IMG/VR virus record: IMGVR_UViG_3300025133_000022
Coordinates: 96,001-160,000 of that record
Length of the DNA stretch: 64,000 nt
Reading direction: 5' to 3' (one strand)
Source of the DNA: a virus
Position numbers and translations under genes: made by a program. How positions within the stretch are numbered: position 1 is the stretch's first letter; every line of letters begins with the position of its first letter. Shown here piece by piece: positions 34,199 to 44,372 of this stretch. The notes beneath the pieces were generated by a model. That model was not told the DNA's origin, ran no database searches, and saw only the letters and a list, made by a program, of their open reading frames with translations.

Positions 34199-35111
34199 TA
34201 TTCTTCATGCACTTAATATCGTAGGGACACTTACTATACCAACAAGGTGCACAAGCTGCTCCAGAAGTAATAGCCTTATGAGAAGGGTAGTAGTTGATAC
34301 GCGAACCAGGAGGAATGCTGCCAAACAGCACTACACTCTTGGTGCCCAGGGCACCAGCAATATGCATAGGTCCGCTATCCGGACCAACAAATATATCTGC
34401 ACGCTGAATCCAAGCACCAAGCTCTCGAATCGAACAGCAACTGATATCTTTACAACTGTCAAATCTGTTCCATCTCTGATATTTTTGATTAAAATCAGCA
34501 ATCAAAAATTTAATAGGAAGATCAGACAATTGCTCAACAAGCTCCAAATATTTAGCTATAGGCCAACATCGTTTCTCTTCGTTGGATGCTGTGTGAAGAA
34601 GTACATAAAAGACCCCATTGTGAGGAACTGCTTCGCTAGATTCTACCTGGTAGAACGGACGCTTGGACTTGAGGCTTGAGAAACCAGCAGCCCTGGCAAA
34701 TAAATCAATTCTGTTCAACTCGGGCAATCCAGAATGCTCATATCTTAGACATACAGAACTAACATTAAGAACAAAATCATAGCTGCCGCGCTGAACATAT
34801 CTAGCGTCAACGATACTGTCAACAAAGGGTGCATTTCTTACTAGCTGGTGGTAAACACCACCACCAGTCGTATGCATATCAATTGCAAAAGTTAAACTCA
34901 CCTTCGGAAAAGATTTTTTGATCTCACGCAGGACGGGAGTCAACATCAATACGTCACCAATCCCTCCAACCTTCCTAACAATACAAACTTTTGCATTAGG
35001 TTTCTTAAGCAAGAACTGAGCAAGACGAATCTTGCCTCCAGGACCTTGGGCCCGAGGTGTAGGCCTGGCAGTCCTTTTACTCAACAGTGATCGTCGAGCA
35101 ATGGAACGCAT
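34140..35111 (-). CDS. glycosyltransferase family 9 (ADP-heptose transferase-like), paralogue
   Basis: GGIGDVLMLTPVL, KRCWPIAKY, FVGPDSGPMHIAGALG, CAPCWYSKCP...KCM. ATG 35111 overlaps the upstream TGA. Confidence 0.9.
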   Translation of the reverse strand: MRSIARRSLLSKRTARPTPRAQGPGGKIRLAQFLLKKPNAKVCIVRKVGGIGDVLMLTPVLREIKKSFPKVSLTFAIDMHTTGGGVYHQLVRNAPFVDSIVDARYVQRGSYDFVLNVSSVCLRYEHSGLPELNRIDLFARAAGFSSLKSKRPFYQVESSEAVPHNGVFYVLLHTASNEEKRCWPIAKYLELVEQLSDLPIKFLIADFNQKYQRWNRFDSCKDISCCSIRELGAWIQRADIFVGPDSGPMHIAGALGTKSVVLFGSIPPGSRINYYPSHKAITSGAACAPCWYSKCPYDIKCMKNIEVQSVAAEIRRAYETRIA

Positions 35112-36829
35112 CAGCGATACCAAACAACTTGAAGTGCAACAAGCCCAACGTCATCAGCCCAATCATCATCAGCATGAGCTACATCTCTGCTAACTTTAAT
35201 ATTAAGAAGACCTAGCGAACTACCAGTCAAAACAATTACTGGCCATTCGAGCACAATTATATTATCAATATGAGCTATGTTGAGAAGTGTTGCGGTCTGG
35301 ACCAGGGCAGCATCCCAACCTGGATCAATGAGTTGTTTATGAGCAATAGTAGAGGGAGTGCCAGTGCCAGTGCCCACTTGAACATTTATGGCAACCCCAG
35401 CCCCGCCTGGGTATGCACCGCCATTGGGGCCTAAAAGAAAAGAAGCAATAATTTTAACACGCCGTGGCGTGTCGTTGTTCTCGTCCAGCGGGATGGGTAC
35501 GGTTGTATACGCGTTCTCTTGCACCTGATTGTCAAAGTTGCGCATCTGCACAACATAATCGCTCATCTCATATGTATCAAGAGAAGGTCCGCTATCAGCT
35601 GCAAACTTTAAAAATTCAGCAGCTCGAACAGTAGTATGCCCAACCTCAAGTTCTTTAACAATACCATCTCTAGTGATTTGAGCATTGCCATCAGAGCCAT
35701 CACTATTCTGATAATACAGCTCCACATCTGCACTAGTGCCATCTGGACGAGTGTTAAGACGCCCTACACCAGCAGACGCAGCAGGACCAACAGTACTAAC
35801 TGCCATCTCAAGCCAAGTATCAGCTGCAAGAGAAGCTCCAGTAGAAGTCAGTTGTCCAGCAACCGTCGAGGTGCTATCAATCCACTCAAGCAAAGTGCCT
35901 AGAGGAGTGCTGGTATCATCTTTAACTCGAATGGCACCAAACGAATTTGTAAGTTGTAAGTTCCCGGCAGTGCCAACAGCGCCACCGTCATAGCCATCCT
36001 GAAGCGTATCAACCAAAGTGCGTTGATCAAGCTTCCAGATAGCCTCTTCTAAGGAATCGCTATCTGCAATATCTGCGAGAGTACCACCATAAGCACTGTA
36101 ATCTGGACTACTGTCAACTGAGCTATCCATACCAGTGAAGGTTTGAATAGCTGTCAGATCGGCAGGCAGGCCATCAACAACAGTCTGGTCAAGTGTAGTG
36201 TCAATAGTAATCTCACTAAGAGCGACAATCAAAGATAAAGCAGGGTACGAATTGGCATATGTGTTGCCTGTGCTAGGGAAGCCACTAAAGAATGCCCCAA
36301 CAGCATCCAGGGCCTGACTTACTGAATAAGATAGGTTGGGTAACCCATCGCCATCAAGAGTGTAGTTGGGCCCCATAGTGTCATACGCAATCTGCTTCAA
36401 ATCTAAAACATTGCTCTGAATTAAAGACCGAAGTTCAGTATCATCATATTCATCAGAATCTAATGCTTGTTGGATTTCATTCTCCAACCTGGCAATCTCA
36501 GCAAGGAGGACATCAATAGTCTCCTTGACCGTGCGAGCGCGCGCCTGATCTTCTGTCCAATATGCTTCAGCATCTGCTGCTGTCGCATGAATGCTTGTAT
36601 AGATAACATTGCCAGACAAACCGTAATCAAGCGCATTAAGGTCTTGCTCGCTGCTTAAAACCTGGACTAATTCCTTGTAGACTGTATTGAGCTGATATAC
36701 AATCGCAGCAATATCTTTTCTCACATTGTCTGCAAAGGCTGCTCGCTCAACTTCAGTACGCATGCGCCCAGTGTTTGTACCACTGCGTTGAACAAGAGAT
36801 TGGAGTTCGTCAGTTAGTTTACCGGCCAT
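35111..36829 (-). CDS. putative virion structural (tail-fibre-like) protein
   Basis: Acidic and Gly/Thr-rich, with a beta-rich C-terminus. Lies within the tail operon. Confidence 0.6.
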   Translation of the reverse strand: MAGKLTDELQSLVQRSGTNTGRMRTEVERAAFADNVRKDIAAIVYQLNTVYKELVQVLSSEQDLNALDYGLSGNVIYTSIHATAADAEAYWTEDQARARTVKETIDVLLAEIARLENEIQQALDSDEYDDTELRSLIQSNVLDLKQIAYDTMGPNYTLDGDGLPNLSYSVSQALDAVGAFFSGFPSTGNTYANSYPALSLIVALSEITIDTTLDQTVVDGLPADLTAIQTFTGMDSSVDSSPDYSAYGGTLADIADSDSLEEAIWKLDQRTLVDTLQDGYDGGAVGTAGNLQLTNSFGAIRVKDDTSTPLGTLLEWIDSTSTVAGQLTSTGASLAADTWLEMAVSTVGPAASAGVGRLNTRPDGTSADVELYYQNSDGSDGNAQITRDGIVKELEVGHTTVRAAEFLKFAADSGPSLDTYEMSDYVVQMRNFDNQVQENAYTTVPIPLDENNDTPRRVKIIASFLLGPNGGAYPGGAGVAINVQVGTGTGTPSTIAHKQLIDPGWDAALVQTATLLNIAHIDNIIVLEWPVIVLTGSSLGLLNIKVSRDVAHADDDWADDVGLVALQVVWYR

Positions 36830-38841
36830 TAAATTACTCTCACTTTAAAAGAATCGATTCGTGGAGTCTGTCCCTCATCACTTGTACTAAGCAGGGCCTT
36901 CACGTATAGCTGATTGGTTTCACTAGACTGCACAGTCCAACTTGGACTATATTGCTCATCCAACCAAGAAGCATCGGTTTTGTCAACCTTAACTTTAATG
37001 TACCAGTTCTCGTCTCCATCTTCAACAGTGAACATTCCGTAATACAAAGAGTCACCTGGCTCCGAATAAGCAAATTCCTCAGGAGATCTGTAAACCATCA
37101 ATTTGCCAAAATACTGATCTGCCCCTTGGTATATTTCCTCACCAGAGAAGCTATCAGGATACACATAGCCTTCAACAAGATATCTGTGATTGTATGGATA
37201 AAGTGGGTCAGCTCGCTCTAAGGCATCAACAGAGGTGAGACCTGCGCTCACCTCTGCCCAGTTGCTATCTGAAGTAGCAAAAACCGTATAGCCAGACGGC
37301 AAAAACACAAGCCCACTCACGAGGGAGCCATTAATATGCGCACTGGTGTCACCAAGATCCAAGTACCTGCCATCAGGATCGTCAACATATAAAGTTGTGC
37401 TGTACTGCTGAGTGCTCTCTTCAAAGACCCAGCCAGCCGCAACACCAAGAACCTCTGCGTACCGATCGACAGGTACGTTGCGCTTAATTACAAAGCTGTT
37501 AACAGGGACATAGTTGGTCCAGTCAGCTAATACATAGGTATTGAGCACTGCTTCCGTTTGAAAATCTACATCCTCCATACCATCTACTGCTTCAAGAATA
37601 GCTCCGCTAGCAATAGAATCGTCTATAAAGCTTAAACTTTGGTCAGATGTTCCGTCACCAAAAGAAATAAAATTACCAGAATCGGCATCATGCGAAACGC
37701 CTACCCAATCTTCACCATCTTGAGAAAGGTAAAAACTTACAGAAGTGTTATCAGGTTCCGCTACACACGCACTCATAGTTGCCTTAGTGAAAAATACCGG
37801 ATTGCCTGTATCATCAATGACATCATAAGGACCGCAAACAAGAGTGCTGCGACGACTAGGTTTAAAACCATCAGCATACATCTTGATAGAATCTAATGAA
37901 AAGATATACATGTAGCTGTTCTTGTTAGGACTTGTACTATCGGCAGCATCCTTAGAAAAAGTCAACTGAATTTTCCTAACACCATCAAGTCCAATTTGGT
38001 ACGACATCTCAGAAGTAGCCTGTTGTTCAACAGGCTCAAGAGCTGACCAGCTACTACCATCAAGACTATAAAAACAGCTACTAGTCATTTTCTTATTGAC
38101 AGACACTGGCAAGCCATTAATTCTTAAATCACCCACATAGGTGGGTTCAGGCAGTTCGAGCGTTATTACCAACGTTACGCGTGCCTGCTGTTCCTTAGTA
38201 TAAACGATGTACTCCCAAAGAGTACCATCGTCTTTCTTGAGAGAGCTGATTGGGCTGCTCGCTCGCACGCCAACTATATTGGCAGTACCAGCACTAGTAG
38301 CATTCAGTTTCAATTTGTCCAAATCTACAGGAGTGTAGCCTGTTCGACCTAATGTAGTGTACCCAGCCTCAACCGTAGCATTGCTTAGACTATGATTGAC
38401 ATAAACTTGAGTATCGAAAGTCTCCTCAACGCCAACTGTGAAAGCATCAGCAGCACCATTCAAAAGCAAAAGGTTATCAAGTCTCGACTCTGTTTGATCA
38501 AGCAATCGACCAACCCGACGAGCAGTGCCGTAAAAACCCTTATGCGAATCTTCAAGCTGCTGAATGAGATTATCAAGACGCTCACTAAGAGTTGTGGCGT
38601 CATCCCACATAGCAATTCTATTGGTGTTCTCAACACCAGCACTGCTTATGCCTTTAAACCTGGGTCTTTCTAAATCAAACCCACTTACGCCAACAATGTC
38701 TACAGTTGGGTAAGCTTGCTTTTCCTTAAAGAAAAGCTGGTTAAGCTCAGCGTCAGTGGGGCTGCGTTGGTTTTCGCTTATAAAGCGCTGTACTGCACGA
38801 CGCCTAAGCGTCTTGCTGTAAGATTCTGAAATTGGCATCAA
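36829..38841 (-). CDS. virion structural protein (helical N-terminus plus jelly-roll domain)
   Basis: 670 aa; paralogous motifs with the next two genes. Confidence 0.7.
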   Translation of the reverse strand: MMPISESYSKTLRRRAVQRFISENQRSPTDAELNQLFFKEKQAYPTVDIVGVSGFDLERPRFKGISSAGVENTNRIAMWDDATTLSERLDNLIQQLEDSHKGFYGTARRVGRLLDQTESRLDNLLLLNGAADAFTVGVEETFDTQVYVNHSLSNATVEAGYTTLGRTGYTPVDLDKLKLNATSAGTANIVGVRASSPISSLKKDDGTLWEYIVYTKEQQARVTLVITLELPEPTYVGDLRINGLPVSVNKKMTSSCFYSLDGSSWSALEPVEQQATSEMSYQIGLDGVRKIQLTFSKDAADSTSPNKNSYMYIFSLDSIKMYADGFKPSRRSTLVCGPYDVIDDTGNPVFFTKATMSACVAEPDNTSVSFYLSQDGEDWVGVSHDADSGNFISFGDGTSDQSLSFIDDSIASGAILEAVDGMEDVDFQTEAVLNTYVLADWTNYVPVNSFVIKRNVPVDRYAEVLGVAAGWVFEESTQQYSTTLYVDDPDGRYLDLGDTSAHINGSLVSGLVFLPSGYTVFATSDSNWAEVSAGLTSVDALERADPLYPYNHRYLVEGYVYPDSFSGEEIYQGADQYFGKLMVYRSPEEFAYSEPGDSLYYGMFTVEDGDENWYIKVKVDKTDASWLDEQYSPSWTVQSSETNQLYVKALLSTSDEGQTPRIDSFKVRVI

Positions 38842-41813
38842 GTAAACCTAAAAGCAAAAAGGTTGAACAGGGGAGTAAAATAATCTCGAAGGCTTTGCAA
38901 ACTGGTTTCACCATCTTGTTTTGCCCAAATGACTTTTACTAATCTATTGATCTGCTTTAAGCCCTCTGTTCGGACTTCCACAGAATTAGTCGAGCGATCA
39001 TATGAATATCTTTTGATTTCACGACCTATATTATACGCCACTTTATGAGAGCTTGCTTTGTATTGCACTGTCGCGTTTGACTGAAGATCACTACCACCAT
39101 AAAAAACTCCATTGCGATAGTCTACAGAATATTTGTTTTGAGGTTCAAATTCGGGATCTTGATAATAGTAATAGATACTAATACCTCCATCAAGAACGCC
39201 ACCAACACCTACCCAGACAGTTACACTACCATCTGAATCGACATGATAGTCGCCGGTACTAACAACAGCACTGGCCAAAGACTTCTTATTGGAAAAGAAT
39301 GCAGTATCACTAAACAGTACTTCAAACCCTTCATACCAGAGAGCACCTGCCGCAAGCTTGAAAGTAACAATGCCAGCAGTGTCCTCGGTTAAAGCCGTAA
39401 CTTCCTTATCCATAGTGACTAGACCAAGAAACTCAGTTTTCCCATCTTGGAAAACAACTTCCTCAGGATCTCCATCAGCATCAAACATACTGTCAGACAC
39501 AAGCAAACTGCCCTTGACAACGTAATCATAAGACAAAGTTAATGCATCAGAAGCGGTACCAATACTCGCGTTGCGAGTTTCGAATACGCCAGTCAGCGGA
39601 TTTATCCGCTTAGATAAACTGCCACCCACAGTGTCGGTAGCTTCTTTGGCTTGAAAAGCCGATGAAGATATACGAAGCCCCCATGGACGTACGCTTTCTT
39701 CAGAATAAACAATATCAAAATTATCCTGAGATAATTCCTGGCCCGCCTGATGTGGAAAGGTTGCACGCACAGTATCGGAATCAAATTCGCTATTTAACCA
39801 CAAAATGCCATTCACGCTATCTAACATGTAGCCATTAGAAGTAATAAGCAAGTCCGTTCTGCTAGTCACTTCAACGTAAGTCACTCCATTAGAACTTGTC
39901 AAACTAAAGGAATCGTCCTCAATATTTGTTACGCCAAGGTCAATAACCTTTTTGTCCCTGGGTAGTAGTTTAGTTATACGCCCACTAGACCGAGGGTGGT
40001 AGGTAATATCAATATTGTCCTTGTCAGGATCAAACAGCAATTCCATCCGATGGTAAAAACCATCAGCCCTCTCCTCAAACAACATACGCTCTTCTTCGAA
40101 AACAGCTGCAACCCGAGCGCCATCAGCAAGATCGCTGCTGAAAATCAATTCAGTAAAATCATCAGAAAAGCTCCACTCATTAGCGCCAACAACACTGTCG
40201 TCCTCTTGGTAAGTGTATTCAACTCGATTGACATACACAAACATTTGGTTTGGTCTCAAACCACTTTCAACCACAGGGAAAGGCAACTCAATTCGACTAG
40301 TTGTACCTGTACCAGTACCAAGAAGAACTCTACGTAATTTACCACCACGCCTCGCAATGCGTGGCTGCATAACAAAGACATCGCCACGAGCAGGCGTTTC
40401 AGGTAAAGCAAATGTAGCAGGACTCTTAAAGCGACTAGCAGGTCTCATGAAATGATTCACTTCTCTCAAGCCACTAGCAACGGGAAGAAAGCTAGCAGCA
40501 TTTGCTAATGCGTCGTCATCCCTAGAAAGCGCAAGACGCCACAACGCAGTAGTCTCAGTTCCCTCCATAAGGACACTTTGACCAATCCCGTCATCAACAT
40601 TTTCTAATTGTACCCAACTCTCACCACCATCAAAACTCATTTCTACAAGCGCATCAAAAAGTTCAGGAGCCGGCGGCCAAACACTGACAACAGGAATCGC
40701 TGCATACAGGCCATTGCGAATATCGCGCTCAACAGAATTGATGCCACCCTGACTGCTATATTTAAACTTATTAACTGCAATGTTCTCTAACCCCACAGCA
40801 TACCTGCGACGACTAGTAGCACTACCATTGTTGCTAGCAACTTTAATCAAGTAGTTGTAACTTTGCTTAAGTTTAATAGTAATAGTTTTTGTCTGAACAG
40901 GAAGAAAACTCAAACTCCATTCGCTATCGTTTCCTGCAGACTTAACTGCCAAACGATCAGGGTCCAAACTACCAGCAAGATCTCTAATGCCAACAGTACT
41001 ACCCGCACTTGTAAAGATAATGTCCTCAACAGCAAAGCTGTAGGACTGTCCAATATTCAGAGGAGTCAATGTGATGTTGTTCACAACATCAACCTTGCTC
41101 AACTCAAGAACAAGACTCAATTCAAGCGGACCACTATCTAATCTTTCGTATTCAAACCAATTGTTAACATCGCCATTTATTGCATACTCAGGAGAAATGT
41201 TGTTCGTAGTCACAGCCTCGTCAGAATTGCCTGACTGACCATTGGACCCACTGCCGATAGCAATGCTTTTTACAGACAGACTCTGCCTGCTCGAGACAGG
41301 CAGAGTTAGCACCCCCTGAGCAGTGTCAGCATAGCAACTATCAGTGCTGGTGAATTTAGTGTCTAAATTATCTAAATTCAAGAAGTGCTCGCTCAAAACA
41401 AACCTAGCTTCCTCTCCATTCCAGAGAGCGAGAGTTGCTCGCTTCTGTCTAATGCGTTTCATTTTCCCTAGCAAATCCGTCAAAACGTATTGTTCGCTAT
41501 TGTAATGATCAACAAAAAGCTGAGTAAGTTTTCGAAGTTTAGAAAGCGACACCTTCATCTGGTAAACGTACTGACTGTAAAACTCGTCATAGTTATCATA
41601 TTCTGGATAATCTCCAGGACGCAGTTCTTGAAGTTTGTAATCAAGATCAAGAAGACGCTCAAGCAATACAACTGCCCTAGCCTCAATAAGAAGTTTGTCT
41701 TCGTGAGTTTGTGCTGCTCTTCTCAGAACGATAAACTCGCCAAGAAAATCTTTCAAAGCCTCCACTTCGGCAAGATAGCTTTGACTGACAGTTGAATTAA
41801 TTGACATGTTCAC
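38838..41813 (-). CDS. virion structural protein (helical N-terminus plus jelly-roll domain)
   Basis: 991 aa; discoidin-like YAINGD..WFEY...LVLEL...VNNITLTP...TKTITIKLKQ. Confidence 0.7.
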   Translation of the reverse strand: MNMSINSTVSQSYLAEVEALKDFLGEFIVLRRAAQTHEDKLLIEARAVVLLERLLDLDYKLQELRPGDYPEYDNYDEFYSQYVYQMKVSLSKLRKLTQLFVDHYNSEQYVLTDLLGKMKRIRQKRATLALWNGEEARFVLSEHFLNLDNLDTKFTSTDSCYADTAQGVLTLPVSSRQSLSVKSIAIGSGSNGQSGNSDEAVTTNNISPEYAINGDVNNWFEYERLDSGPLELSLVLELSKVDVVNNITLTPLNIGQSYSFAVEDIIFTSAGSTVGIRDLAGSLDPDRLAVKSAGNDSEWSLSFLPVQTKTITIKLKQSYNYLIKVASNNGSATSRRRYAVGLENIAVNKFKYSSQGGINSVERDIRNGLYAAIPVVSVWPPAPELFDALVEMSFDGGESWVQLENVDDGIGQSVLMEGTETTALWRLALSRDDDALANAASFLPVASGLREVNHFMRPASRFKSPATFALPETPARGDVFVMQPRIARRGGKLRRVLLGTGTGTTSRIELPFPVVESGLRPNQMFVYVNRVEYTYQEDDSVVGANEWSFSDDFTELIFSSDLADGARVAAVFEEERMLFEERADGFYHRMELLFDPDKDNIDITYHPRSSGRITKLLPRDKKVIDLGVTNIEDDSFSLTSSNGVTYVEVTSRTDLLITSNGYMLDSVNGILWLNSEFDSDTVRATFPHQAGQELSQDNFDIVYSEESVRPWGLRISSSAFQAKEATDTVGGSLSKRINPLTGVFETRNASIGTASDALTLSYDYVVKGSLLVSDSMFDADGDPEEVVFQDGKTEFLGLVTMDKEVTALTEDTAGIVTFKLAAGALWYEGFEVLFSDTAFFSNKKSLASAVVSTGDYHVDSDGSVTVWVGVGGVLDGGISIYYYYQDPEFEPQNKYSVDYRNGVFYGGSDLQSNATVQYKASSHKVAYNIGREIKRYSYDRSTNSVEVRTEGLKQINRLVKVIWAKQDGETSLQSLRDYFTPLFNLFAFRFT

Positions 41814-43917
41814 GAACCTTTAGGAAGTAAGACAGCAGAACGGGTGTCAGATACGGATTTACACTGTCTGCACGGCTAACAATCACTGTCTGAATCGTAC
41901 CAGAAGCAGCCTTAAGCCTTCTGCCAAACACTACTCTGCCACGCTTCAAATTCACCCCAGGCCTTCTGCTGAGTTGCTGATTCCTTAACACCCTGTAGTC
42001 TACATAGTAGATTTTTGTACTATCAAGATTCGTAAAGCGAATCTTAAAGAGACCAGCTTTGGCCTTAGTATACAATGTATTCCATTGTCGATCACGCGGC
42101 CACTCTGTTAGCCAAGTCGCACCACGATTAAGAGAAACTTCATAATCAATACCAAGGGTAAGTAAGTCAGATTCTTTGTAGACACTGAGAGGCGCATCCT
42201 GTTCTGCCTCTAAGTACACATATGGGGCAACCTTAAAATCATTAGAGTGTAGAAGCGAATAGCCATCTACATCCAAAGGCTTAAGAATCAAATTCTGACT
42301 GTCAGCGACATACCACTCTTCTGAAGAAAAGCTATTAAGCATCCCGTCCTTGCCTGGACCAGCAATGCTAACAATCCTATCAGTATTCTTGACGGCCACA
42401 CCTCTGTCGTCAAACCCATGACCGTCTTCAAAATACATAAAATGCCAATAACCAATCCAGTTTCCTGCTGTCCAGTTGGTTTTGTTCTTGACATTCCATC
42501 GCAAATCCGGAAACAGTTTAACTTTGGCTTCATTGTCAAAGAGAGGTAAAAACTCTCTTTGTGTTCGTCTGGCGTCAGGAATGGGAATCAAATCATAAAG
42601 CGCCCGGCCACCTTCAGGGGTTGTTAAATTAATACCAAGGTATCGTTCCAACAAAACCTCTCCCTCATTTAAGAAGAAAGTAGTACCATAGGTTTTGCGC
42701 TCATTAGAAATCTGAATAGTTTCAACCTGATCACTAAAACTACAGCCAACAGGTCCTGTAGTTTTGACAGGCTGACTGCGAAAAACTCCAAGATTCTCAT
42801 ACTGGCGCAAAGCGCAACGCACACTCTCCAAAGAAAAGTCATATACTCTGCCTTGAATTTCAGAATTGTTTTCAGTTAGTAACTGACTCCATCCGGCACC
42901 ACGTAAAATCTTATTTAACTCACGAACACGAAGGTCGCCAGTATCGTAGTGGGTTCGTGTCACAGGGGCATACTGCGTAAACTTCACCTTCATATATTTA
43001 GTTCGAATAGGCTCAAACAGCACAGTAAGCTCAACTTCATTAGCAAGCTCAACTTCAGTGAGCTCAACTTCTTCGCCGGCTTCGTTAAGGTAAGTAATAG
43101 CCTGAATGTACACAGTGCTGTGTCCCAGCGGACGTACATTCAGCATATTAACAAGCTGCATGCTTGCAAATTCTAACAACAAAGTGCAGTAGCTAGAAGT
43201 GTGATTGTATTTACGACTAGTCTTATCATAATCAGTCCTCACAACCACATGACGAAAAACCCTGTCTTCTCGAAGAAGATTGTTTGGAGAGTTACTAACA
43301 ACAGGTTTTGTGGTGTCACCCACATCAGTTTCTTCTCCAACGAGAACAACATTAATAATTGGAACCTGAACCTCAGTTCTTAATGGCAGAGTTACACCAG
43401 TGCCAGAAATTACATCTGCAATGTTATCTGCCTGAAATGGCAAGCCGGTTTTGTAATCAACAAGCCAGTCTTGATTGTCATATGCCAAACCAGCGTCTTG
43501 AACACGCACAAATGAATTGTAATGAACCTGACTGTACCTACCATTAATCTTAACTTCCTCTTCTGTTGTGTAGGCGTCAAGCGCCAGTGCCTCGCGTTGC
43601 AAATCATCTAGAATAGCAAAATTCTTTCTACTGCTGAGCTTGATCTCTGCTTCAAGTCCTTCACCAGTACTAGCCGCAGCACTAATCTGCATTTTTGTAT
43701 CACGAATGTAATCCGCCCAAATTCTAGCATCAAGAGGAGAGCCAGGGTTAACAGGCGGGAAAGCAGGCTCAAGTCCACGCAAAGCCAGCACCGCTTTAGT
43801 GCGACGCTGAGCTTCAGCTTGGCTAAATTGAACATGTTGCTCATCAAGAGCGCGGCGTTCAGCCGCAGCACGTACATACTTACCAGAATCAAATGCTTCT
43901 TTTACTTGGATGGGCAT
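41797..43917 (-). CDS. virion structural protein (helical N-terminus plus jelly-roll domain)
   Basis: 706 aa; LLLEF...VNMLNVRP...RTKYMKVKFTQ. Confidence 0.7.
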   Translation of the reverse strand: MPIQVKEAFDSGKYVRAAAERRALDEQHVQFSQAEAQRRTKAVLALRGLEPAFPPVNPGSPLDARIWADYIRDTKMQISAAASTGEGLEAEIKLSSRKNFAILDDLQREALALDAYTTEEEVKINGRYSQVHYNSFVRVQDAGLAYDNQDWLVDYKTGLPFQADNIADVISGTGVTLPLRTEVQVPIINVVLVGEETDVGDTTKPVVSNSPNNLLREDRVFRHVVVRTDYDKTSRKYNHTSSYCTLLLEFASMQLVNMLNVRPLGHSTVYIQAITYLNEAGEEVELTEVELANEVELTVLFEPIRTKYMKVKFTQYAPVTRTHYDTGDLRVRELNKILRGAGWSQLLTENNSEIQGRVYDFSLESVRCALRQYENLGVFRSQPVKTTGPVGCSFSDQVETIQISNERKTYGTTFFLNEGEVLLERYLGINLTTPEGGRALYDLIPIPDARRTQREFLPLFDNEAKVKLFPDLRWNVKNKTNWTAGNWIGYWHFMYFEDGHGFDDRGVAVKNTDRIVSIAGPGKDGMLNSFSSEEWYVADSQNLILKPLDVDGYSLLHSNDFKVAPYVYLEAEQDAPLSVYKESDLLTLGIDYEVSLNRGATWLTEWPRDRQWNTLYTKAKAGLFKIRFTNLDSTKIYYVDYRVLRNQQLSRRPGVNLKRGRVVFGRRLKAASGTIQTVIVSRADSVNPYLTPVLLSYFLKVREHVN

Positions 43918-43919
43918 AC

Positions 43920-44372
43920 TTACTCCAATTTAAGATCAATAAAAAACCTACGAGCAAGCGCACCGGGTGGAGTCTCGAACTCCACAGTAAACGTAGCACT
44001 ATCACCAGCATTAAGATCAATAAATGGAATCTTGGTTCTGTAAGTACCACCAGCGCTTCTAGTAACATATCCAATAAAGGTACTATCGTTTTGGGGAAGA
44101 GTTAATTTTAGCCCACCCTGAGCAACAAGACCCAGATCAGTTTTACTACCCCAAGTCATAAGATCTTGATAATCAGTATGAGGTGGATAATCTGCAGGAT
44201 TATCTACATCTCCAACACTAGTTGCCGGAACAATATACATCCCAAGACCAGTGAGATCACTGTCGCCTAGATTAGTGACAGTGATCTGGACCACAGTTCC
44301 ATTTAGAACCTCTGGATCATAAATAGTTTCACCATCAGAGGTGCGAACGAAAATCAAATCTTGAGCACTCAT
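43920..44372 (-). CDS. putative structural protein (Ig-like beta sandwich)
   Basis: 150 aa; QITVTNLGDSDL...LNAGDSATFTVEF. Confidence 0.65.
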   Translation of the reverse strand: MSAQDLIFVRTSDGETIYDPEVLNGTVVQITVTNLGDSDLTGLGMYIVPATSVGDVDNPADYPPHTDYQDLMTWGSKTDLGLVAQGGLKLTLPQNDSTFIGYVTRSAGGTYRTKIPFIDLNAGDSATFTVEFETPPGALARRFFIDLKLE

